Below are positions 18,127 to 25,827 of a stretch of DNA of 32,000 nucleotides, one piece after another; positions within the stretch are counted from its first letter, which is position 1, and every line of letters starts with the position of its first letter. The translations under genes and the position numbers were made by a program. The stretch comes from Gammaproteobacteria bacterium. GTDB lineage: Bacteria > Pseudomonadota > Gammaproteobacteria > JBIOEC01. A model generated the notes under the pieces. The model saw nothing but the letters and a program-made list of their open reading frames with translations, made no database searches and was not told the origin of the DNA. The DNA lies in assembly GCA_965279305.1 (NCBI GenBank), contig OZ257143.1, positions 1,470,001 to 1,502,000 of the forward strand, written 5' to 3'.

Positions 18127-18488
18127 TATCTGTTGTAATGCACAATTTTAGTTGGTAAAGTAAGCTTGTGTATAAGTTCCAAAAATTCGGATTATGATAT
18201 TGAATCATTCAAGTTATTGTACGGACCATGTGAGTTTCTGACTAAGTGTTCGCTATCCTTAAGGTGATATAGGATGGTATGAAAAAGAGTTGCTTAAGCA
18301 CTGAGAAGCAAGCAAGATTACTGGTGAGATATATATTAGTGGTACTTTTTTTGTCATATGCTAGATTAAGGTGTACCTATGACAAGAGAAAGAAGAAGCT
18401 CTATGCGGGTTACGGGATAAGTGAAGCAGCAAATGATGATTGGGCGACAGAATAAGAGTCACTATTGACACAATCGAAGGTATTATTG

Positions 18489-19523
18489 ATGACAAATTCA
18501 ACTTCTTTTGGGATAAGTGCATTTGGATATTCATTTGGCGAAAAACAAAATGTGGAAGAAACTGCATGCAATTTTGTTTCTGATCCGGAAAGAGTTTTTA
18601 AATGGGATTGTCAAACCTACTATCGTTCACCCCCTGATCGATTTGCCCTTGATCTGGCAACTGATGCGGCACGTGAAGCTATAAGTAAAGCAAATATCGA
18701 CCCTAATAGTATAGATTTAGTAGCATTTGCTTCAGCAGAAATAGCAGAATATTTATACTGGGATTCCTCAGTTGCACTTGCACGTGCACTGGGCATTGAA
18801 AGAACGCAAACAATGCTACTAAATAATGAAGGTTGCAGTGCAGGGATAAGAATCTTTGGAGCCATTGCAGGAGTCTTTGCAACGCAACCGGAAATTCAAA
18901 CTGTTTTAGTAGTAATAGTTAACCGTGTGAGTGAATATCACAGGAATCGTATGAAGGTTGTTAATTGCATACTAAGCGACGGAGCTGTAACTGCCGTTTT
19001 ACAACGTGGCCATCCTCATAATCAATATTTGGCTTCAGACCATTTCGTCTATCCAGAATTTTGCGATTTTTTTCGAATGGATTATGGTGGAACAAAAGCC
19101 CCCATTACTCCTGCAGGTTGGACTTGCCATGATGAGCATGGTTACGATAAAATATATGAACACTTTGGTGATGATATAGAGAGAATGCAAAACTTTTTAA
19201 CAGTACAGCGTAATGAACGGTTAGCAGAGGTGGTTCAACGTTCTTGTGCACGTGCTAATATATCTAAAGATGATATTTCACATTTCTTTTATGTTGCTGA
19301 TTCTCGCCCAGGAGCTATTGCAGAAATTGTAAAACCTTTTGGAATTCCTATCGAAAACACTAACCTTGAATTAGCAAGAATGTATGGGCATATGGGGGCT
19401 GCTGATCAATTTTTTTCTTTAGGAAAATTTATAGAAAGTAGACATATGGGACCGGGAGATATAGCCGCCATGGCGGGTATTTCATCCGGAATTCAATGGT
19501 GTTCCACTTTGTTTAGAGTATAA
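18489..19523 (+). CDS. KASIII (FabH)-like enzyme of the DpsC/CerJ acyltransferase type (Cys, His-x4-Asp)
   Basis: The nucleophile is in NNEGCSAGIR. The FabH HQAN region reads YVADS, so the His is missing. The FabH GNTSAAS region reads GHMGAAD. I set the start at ATG 18489; the track uses TTG 18465. A 4-nt gap separates it from the NRPS gene. Confidence 0.7.
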   Translation: MTNSTSFGISAFGYSFGEKQNVEETACNFVSDPERVFKWDCQTYYRSPPDRFALDLATDAAREAISKANIDPNSIDLVAFASAEIAEYLYWDSSVALARALGIERTQTMLLNNEGCSAGIRIFGAIAGVFATQPEIQTVLVVIVNRVSEYHRNRMKVVNCILSDGAVTAVLQRGHPHNQYLASDHFVYPEFCDFFRMDYGGTKAPITPAGWTCHDEHGYDKIYEHFGDDIERMQNFLTVQRNERLAEVVQRSCARANISKDDISHFFYVADSRPGAIAEIVKPFGIPIENTNLELARMYGHMGAADQFFSLGKFIESRHMGPGDIAAMAGISSGIQWCSTLFRV

Positions 19524-19527
19524 TCTG

Positions 19528-22500
19528 ATGAATGAAACTATTTTCCAAGCATTTGAAGAACAAGTTAAAAAAACACCTGATTCTATTGCACTTCTTTTTA
19601 AAGAAGAAAAACTTAGCTATAAAGAATTAAATGAAAAATCTAATCAAGTCGCTAGATCCCTGCGTAATCTCTACAAAAAAAATATAGGATTCGACCTTAA
19701 ACCGGATACTCTTATTGGCATTTGTGTTGAACGTAGTTTAGACACCGTTATTGGAATATTAGGAATATTAAAAGCGGGTGGTGCATATGTGCCAATTGAT
19801 ATTGCCTATCCAGAAGGACGAATCCAATTTTTATTAGAAGATACTAAAAGCCCTTTTATCGTGACGCGGAGGCATTTGCAAGAGAAATTAAATAAAATCC
19901 ATAACAACACATTGCATCAGTTTTTCTTAGACGATCTTTCTTATGATAATGAAAGCAAAGATAATTTAAGTATTATACTAGAACCCAATCATTTGGCCTA
20001 CATTATATATACATCAGGAACTACCGGAAAACCAAAAGGTGTTATGCAGACTCATCATAATGTTATGCGCCTATTTACGGCAACACAGGATGTATTTGAA
20101 TTTAACGAAACAGATGTATGGACATTATTCCATTCCTATGTATTTGATTTTACGGTGTGGGAGTTATTGGGTGCTTTAATATATGGTGGAAAACTGGTAA
20201 TACCCAGTCTTGATGAGGTTAAAGATACAAGTAAGTTTTATGATTTATGCGAAAAACATAAGGTTACTGTGTTAAATCAAACACCATTAGTCTTTTATCA
20301 ATTTATTGAGGAAGCAATTAATCGTAAAGAAAAACTGAATAGTTTAAGATGCATAATTTTTGGTGGAGATTATCTTAATATTTCTCAATTGAAACCTTGG
20401 TGGAATCAGTATGGTTTTCTAAAACCTAAATTAATTAATATGTATGGAATTACTGAAACAACGGTATTTGTTACACATAAAATCCTCACTGAAGCGGATA
20501 TAAATAAAGGTTCTATCATTGGCACTGTAATTAAAGATCAAAAAGCTTATGTTTTGGATGAGAATTTAAAACCCGTACCCGTCGGAGTTGTTGGAGAATT
20601 ATATGTGGGTGGTGCTGGTCTTGCCAGAGGATATTTGAATAGAGAAGAAGTAACACAGGAAAGTTTTATTATCAATCCTTATGCCACAAATGAAGATCTA
20701 TTGAAAGGCTATAACCGTATTTATAAAACGGGAGATTTAGTCAAATGGTCTACAAATGGGGATTTAGAATATATCGGCCGTAATGATAAACAAGTTAAAC
20801 TACGCGGCTTTCGAATAGAACTGTTAGAAATTGAAAGTATTTTAAACACTTTTACTGGAATAAAACAAAGCACGGTATTGTTAGATAAGAAAAGCAACAA
20901 TCCATATTTAATAGGTTACTATCGTTCAGAAGCAAAAATAGATGAGGAAATATTACGATCACATTTAGCTAAACATCTACCGGATTATATGGTCCCCAAC
21001 GTTTTAGTCCATTTAAACAAGTTTCCCATTACTATCAATGGAAAATTGGATGTAAACGCATTACCTTGTCCCAATTTTAATTCTACTCAATCTTCCATAA
21101 CACTCAAAAATGAGATTGAAAAGGATGTGGCTGCAATTTGGTCGGAAATTTTAGGAATTGATATAATTGGCACAAATGAAGATTTCTTCAGAATTGGAGG
21201 TGACTCAATTGTAAGTATAAAACTAGTCCTAAAATTGAGAAATAAAGGGTATCATTGTAATGTAAAAAATATATTTGAAAATAGAACCATTGAAAGCCTA
21301 AGCCACTTTTTGAAATCATCTGATATACAATCTAATAAAATTGAAGCAGAACAAGGGTTGTTAACTGGCGAGGTTGATTTATTACCGATTCAACAATGGT
21401 TTTTTAAAAACAAATTTGATAAGCAGAATCATTGGAATCAATCTTTTTTAATCAAGGTTCCATTATTGGATGTTAATAAATTAAATCATGTCCTTGAGAA
21501 ATTAATTGAGCATCATGATGTGTTACGGTTGGTTTTCAAAAAGACAACAAATTTTTATAAACAATTTTATTTGAAAGAAATTAAAATTCCTCTCATTAAT
21601 ACCTTGGATAGATCTGAACTCTCTGATCAACAACTAATTAATATATTTACCAAATGGCAAAGTGATTTTGATATAGAGAATGGTCCTTTATGGAAGATAG
21701 GCTATGTTACTGGTTATAAAGATAATACCGCTCGGATATATTTTGCCTTGCATCATCTTATTATAGATTCTGTTTCATGGAGAATTTTGATTGATCATTT
21801 GAAATGTTTGTATGAAAGTAAGGAATTACCCCCAAAAACCAGCAGCTACCGTCAATGGGTGAGGGCTGTGCAACATTATGCGACTTCGAATAATCAACAA
21901 TTAAGTTATTGGGAACAACATTACATCCCTCAAGTACTAGAAGATGATTTTAAATTTCTTAATGAAAATACCGCACATAATATTAAAAATATTAATCTTG
22001 TCACATTAAATGAAAGTTTGACGAAAATTTTATTAAGGAAAGCCAACAAAGCCTATCATACCGAAATTAATCACTTGTTACTCACTGCCTTAGGATGTGC
22101 ACTAAGGGATTTAACGAATAAAAGTGAACATATTATTCGTCTTGAAGGGCATGGTCGTGAAAAAATCAATGAAATTATAGATGTTAGTCAAACTGTCGGC
22201 TGGTTTACAATACTTTATCCTGTCAAGCTTATGGTGAATGACTCATTAGAAAAGTCTATTCTATCTATCAAAGAAATTTTAAAAAGTATTCCTGACAATG
22301 GAATTGGATACAGTGCACTTAAATATGCAAATAGCGAAAATTCTCTTTGTAAACATTGTCCATCGGGAATTAGCTTTAATTACTTGGGCCAGTTTGATAC
22401 AGAAACCAGTTTGTGGCAAATTGCCGCAGAAAACTCTGGAAATAATTACGGTGCTAATGCTGATGGAAATCTACTAACGATCACAGGCTGGGTTATTGAT

Positions 22501-22641
22501 GGTAAATTAGAATTTGAAATCGTAAGTTGTATGAACGCAATCAAGAGTGAACAATTTTCAAAATTCTTTCAGTCTATTTTAGAAGAAATAATAGTACATT
22601 GCGCAGATTTAGTTAGTAGCGACAAAAAGGCGTTAGTTTAA
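19528..22641 (+). CDS. Stand-alone NRPS module with adenylation-thiolation-epimerization (A-T-E) architecture
   Basis: A-domain cores: LAYIIYTSGTTGKPKGV, NMYGITE, GELYVGGAGLARGY, YKTGDL, GRNDKQVKLRGFRIEL, NGKLD. T domain: FFRIGGDSI, with the Ser codon at 21205-21207. E-domain cores: PIQQWF, HHLIIDSVSW, LLLTALG, EGHGRE, QTVGWFTILYPV, PDNGIGYS, FNYLGQ. Confidence 0.9.
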   Translation: MNETIFQAFEEQVKKTPDSIALLFKEEKLSYKELNEKSNQVARSLRNLYKKNIGFDLKPDTLIGICVERSLDTVIGILGILKAGGAYVPIDIAYPEGRIQFLLEDTKSPFIVTRRHLQEKLNKIHNNTLHQFFLDDLSYDNESKDNLSIILEPNHLAYIIYTSGTTGKPKGVMQTHHNVMRLFTATQDVFEFNETDVWTLFHSYVFDFTVWELLGALIYGGKLVIPSLDEVKDTSKFYDLCEKHKVTVLNQTPLVFYQFIEEAINRKEKLNSLRCIIFGGDYLNISQLKPWWNQYGFLKPKLINMYGITETTVFVTHKILTEADINKGSIIGTVIKDQKAYVLDENLKPVPVGVVGELYVGGAGLARGYLNREEVTQESFIINPYATNEDLLKGYNRIYKTGDLVKWSTNGDLEYIGRNDKQVKLRGFRIELLEIESILNTFTGIKQSTVLLDKKSNNPYLIGYYRSEAKIDEEILRSHLAKHLPDYMVPNVLVHLNKFPITINGKLDVNALPCPNFNSTQSSITLKNEIEKDVAAIWSEILGIDIIGTNEDFFRIGGDSIVSIKLVLKLRNKGYHCNVKNIFENRTIESLSHFLKSSDIQSNKIEAEQGLLTGEVDLLPIQQWFFKNKFDKQNHWNQSFLIKVPLLDVNKLNHVLEKLIEHHDVLRLVFKKTTNFYKQFYLKEIKIPLINTLDRSELSDQQLINIFTKWQSDFDIENGPLWKIGYVTGYKDNTARIYFALHHLIIDSVSWRILIDHLKCLYESKELPPKTSSYRQWVRAVQHYATSNNQQLSYWEQHYIPQVLEDDFKFLNENTAHNIKNINLVTLNESLTKILLRKANKAYHTEINHLLLTALGCALRDLTNKSEHIIRLEGHGREKINEIIDVSQTVGWFTILYPVKLMVNDSLEKSILSIKEILKSIPDNGIGYSALKYANSENSLCKHCPSGISFNYLGQFDTETSLWQIAAENSGNNYGANADGNLLTITGWVIDGKLEFEIVSCMNAIKSEQFSKFFQSILEEIIVHCADLVSSDKKALV

Positions 22642-23712
22642 CTTTCTTTCTTGTGCGATTTTTCTAAAATTTTCAAGAGCTTCAGCAGCAGTTAATTCTT
22701 GGCCTTGTAAAACATCGTTAGCGGGTATAATTTTATAGCGCATATTTTCTGGTATTGAATATTTTGTTGGCAAATACAATTGATCTAGCCCTATACCAAA
22801 AGCACAATTTTCTTGCCCTAAAACTCGAAAATAATGCCTTAATCGATTAGATTCATCTTTAATAATAAATTTTTTCATTTCTGGATCATGACATCCATAT
22901 GTCAAATAATACTCCACATTGTTATTTTCCATTTTACGAACAATATCAACTAAATTGTTATAAAGAACTTCTCCCGGATAAAGCTCCCTATACATTCCTG
23001 AATTTCCTGAACGTGCTCTTGCAGTTTCAGGGTAAGGTGGGTTCATTACAACAAAGTCGCCCGTTTGGAGATCAGATAATGCATGCAAAAAATCACCACT
23101 TTTTAAAATAACATTATTTTTGTTCAAAAGATTTGAGGTTCTATCAACCTCTTCAAAAAAAACTTCTAATGATAGAGAGGCTTCATCAAGGTAACGTTGT
23201 ATTGTTTTTCCTTTTATATTAACTTCTCTATAAACAATATTACCTTGATCATCATGAAGAAGTATCCCACCCCAAGAATGATTAATAATAAAGGGTAATA
23301 ATAATGATTTTTCATCCAAATTTGCTTGATTATAATCACTAATTATTTTTAAAAAAAATTCTTTTTTGGTATCTGAGTGGTCATATTCGCGTATCAATGA
23401 TTCATACTTTGATTTTACTCTCTTTGGTGCTTCTTTGATTAGGCATAGAGTATTAATGAGTGCTTCATCACTATCATTAATGATATATTGGTCTGCTAGA
23501 CCTAGTTCCATCGCTGCTAAACTCCATGAGGCACTTCCAGAAAGCGGATCAAAACAACGTTTAAATTTTTTGCCTTGCGAATTTGCTATAATGACTGCAA
23601 AATGATCATCAAGTAAGTTCTTGTCAATTTCCATCCGACCAGAGTGCATGGGTAGTGTTAGGTTTCTATTTCCAAGATAATGTAAGAGTCCGCCTTTATT
23701 TTTTGATAGCAT
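22633..23712 (-). CDS. Dam-like (D12 class, alpha-type) N6-adenine methyltransferase, orphan
   Basis: Motif I CFDPLSGSAS (aa 53-62) is followed by YIINDSDEALINTLCLIKE. Motif IV is NPPY (aa 224-227), about 170 aa downstream, which is the alpha-class order. The gene is very AT-rich, and its 3' end overlaps the NRPS 3' end by 9 nt. Confidence 0.55.
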   Translation of the reverse strand: MLSKNKGGLLHYLGNRNLTLPMHSGRMEIDKNLLDDHFAVIIANSQGKKFKRCFDPLSGSASWSLAAMELGLADQYIINDSDEALINTLCLIKEAPKRVKSKYESLIREYDHSDTKKEFFLKIISDYNQANLDEKSLLLPFIINHSWGGILLHDDQGNIVYREVNIKGKTIQRYLDEASLSLEVFFEEVDRTSNLLNKNNVILKSGDFLHALSDLQTGDFVVMNPPYPETARARSGNSGMYRELYPGEVLYNNLVDIVRKMENNNVEYYLTYGCHDPEMKKFIIKDESNRLRHYFRVLGQENCAFGIGLDQLYLPTKYSIPENMRYKIIPANDVLQGQELTAAEALENFRKIAQERKLN

Positions 23713-24016
23713 AGTTTAAACTTCTTAAATATATTGTCATTTAAAATTTTGAATTAAGATTATCATAAATTATAGCTAGTTTCAAGAATTTTAATGATAC
23801 ATAGCAATGGATATTGGCTCACATCAATCTTGGCAAATCTCGCAGGCATCTTTCACGAAATAACTACTTGGCACTTGTAAAAGAGGCAGGTACTATGGGT
23901 GCAAATACGTGCGAAAAGTTAATCATCGCATGAATTAATGGACGTAGGTGAAAGAATGACAGTACATAATGAAATTGTAGTGAAAGCAGTTGCTAAAATT
24001 ATGAAAAAAAATAAAA

Positions 24017-25648
24017 ATGTCAAATGACCTGATTTATCTAAAAGAAGACGCTTATTTCGAACCTTTGATAAATCACTGGTTTGCGTGGTCTTATCTTATT
24101 CCACCGGTTCAGGCTTCACGCTATATCACTAACACTCATAAAAGGATCATGTCTTCCTTCGTTGAAGACACGCAAGTGCACATCTTTGGGTCAAAAGAAC
24201 CAGCACTCGCAGGCGGTGACTTTCTCAACGCTCGTGACGATCAGGTGAAAGACATCAAAGCATTGCTGGCGGAGTTCGATGAAAAGCATGCCGATGTAGT
24301 TAAGCTTTCTGAAGCAGTACAGGAGCTCGACGAGATGATCCGCGCACATATCAGCGGCGAGTCTATTGAATATATGTATGAAAAAGTTCCTCTGCCGCTC
24401 AAAGGCTTCGTCGAAATCGGTATGGATATGAACCACAACCCCTGTTATCGTTTGCTGGAGCATTTGCTTTACAACTCAGAGCATTATCGCAAATCACTAC
24501 AAAGTATCTACTTCGGTTTACTTTCCAAGATCGAAGAGCGTCCTTTCTGTTTTTCGACACCGCGTTTGGCCGATGAGAACCACATTCAATTGGCGATGGA
24601 TTTCTGTGCACCAGAGGTAGATATTTTAGTCAAGTCGCGCACTGAAGGCGTACCGTGCGAGATGGTGAATGATATATTTGCGCGCTTCGAGACTCGCGGC
24701 GGCCTTGATTATCGCGAATTGTTCACTACTGAGCCGCCGTCAAGACGCCGTGAGCCGGTGAGCGATGACAGCTTGAAATTGACTTTCCTCGGTCATGCCT
24801 CGTTTATGATAGAAACCAAAGATATCAATATTTTAATTGATCCGGTAATTCCCATTAGAGGCAAAAAATATGCCGATGACGTGATTAGCTATTCTGAGCT
24901 ACCCAAGAAAATCAACTATATTTGCATTACCCACAATCACCATGACCACTATAACCTTGAAACCTTGCTACAGTTGCGCCATAAAACGGACAAGCTGGTT
25001 CTACCCATCAACAATGGTGGAACATTGCCGGATCCGTCGATGAAGCTGATAGCCAAACAATTGGGCTTTAAAGTAATTGAGGTGGACGACTTTGATGAAA
25101 TCGAGATCCCAGATGGCAAGATAACGGCGATCCCATTTCTTGGCGAACACGGCGACCTCAATGTGCGTTCAAAAACCGTGTGGCTTATAGAACTCAAAGG
25201 TAAGAAATACTTCTTCGGCGCCGATGCCACCAACTATAATCCGCAAATGTACCGTCATGTCCAAAAGTTGGTTGGGGATGTCGATGTATTGGCTATCGGA
25301 ATGGAATGTGTCGGAGCTCCCTATTCTTGGCTCTATGGTGCACTTAACACTAGGGACGTCAGTAAAAACATCACAAATTCACGTCGTCTGAACGGCTCCA
25401 ATGCCGATCAGGCTTATCATATGGCAGATACTTTCAATGCTAAACAAGTTTATCTTTATGCAATGGGCATGGAACCTTGGTACAAGTACTTTATGGGCTT
25501 AGTTTATAACGAGAACTCACAGCAAATAATTGAGTCAGATAAGATGATTAAGCGCTGTGAAAATAAAGGAATACCATGTCAACGCTTAGCTCTTAACTGC
25601 TACATTCTGACAGATTTAGGTAGTAGCCACAAAATGGCGCCAGTTTAA
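24017..25648 (+). CDS. Two-domain protein: unknown N-terminal domain of about 250 aa plus a C-terminal MBL-fold hydrolase (NAPE-PLD/UlaG-like)
   Basis: LKLTFLGHASFMIETKDINILIDPV, ICITHNHHDHYN (HxHxDH), FLGEHGD and FFGADAT. The gene is clearly GC-richer than its neighbours. Confidence 0.7.
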   Translation: MSNDLIYLKEDAYFEPLINHWFAWSYLIPPVQASRYITNTHKRIMSSFVEDTQVHIFGSKEPALAGGDFLNARDDQVKDIKALLAEFDEKHADVVKLSEAVQELDEMIRAHISGESIEYMYEKVPLPLKGFVEIGMDMNHNPCYRLLEHLLYNSEHYRKSLQSIYFGLLSKIEERPFCFSTPRLADENHIQLAMDFCAPEVDILVKSRTEGVPCEMVNDIFARFETRGGLDYRELFTTEPPSRRREPVSDDSLKLTFLGHASFMIETKDINILIDPVIPIRGKKYADDVISYSELPKKINYICITHNHHDHYNLETLLQLRHKTDKLVLPINNGGTLPDPSMKLIAKQLGFKVIEVDDFDEIEIPDGKITAIPFLGEHGDLNVRSKTVWLIELKGKKYFFGADATNYNPQMYRHVQKLVGDVDVLAIGMECVGAPYSWLYGALNTRDVSKNITNSRRLNGSNADQAYHMADTFNAKQVYLYAMGMEPWYKYFMGLVYNENSQQIIESDKMIKRCENKGIPCQRLALNCYILTDLGSSHKMAPV

Positions 25649-25827
25649 CTCCTTCACAAAAAGTGCTTGTGCGCTAATTATAACGTCACTAACTTATATA
25701 TGCCAAGATGAGGAAGGGGTAACTTTGCACACGTAGTACTTGGAATGGCGAGGAGCGGTGATTTAGGTGAGTTAGAAGGGCTGGTTATGGTAATTATCTA
25801 TACAATCCGGGGCCATTAGGAATTTCC

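Noticed and set aside
18361-18865. ORFs 18361-18567(-) and 18620-18865(-)
   Set aside because: They are antisense to the small ORF / KASIII start region and to the KASIII gene, with no support.
19528-22641. Initial reading of the NRPS as A-T-C with a terminal condensation domain (HHxxxD motif HHLIIDS)
   Set aside because: The flanking motifs PIQQWF, EGHGRE, TVGWFTxxYPV and FNYLGQ, plus a GGDSI carrier motif, are the epimerization-domain set. I therefore call it A-T-E.
22899-23605. ORFs 22899-23111(+) and 23366-23605(+) antisense to the methyltransferase
   Set aside because: They are shadow ORFs in a very AT-rich gene with no start context.
23956-24027. 23-codon upstream ORF (MTVHNEIVVKAVAKIMKKNKNVK) overlapping the MBL gene start, considered as a leader peptide
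   Set aside because: It is too short and too low in complexity to support from sequence alone. It is only worth revisiting if Ribo-seq data exist.
24191-25233. Four minus-strand ORFs (24191-24463, 24241-24438, 24399-24611, 24949-25233) within the MBL-fusion gene
   Set aside because: Local GC enrichment reduces stop-codon frequency on the antisense strand. All four are nested in a 543-aa ORF that carries clear MBL motifs.
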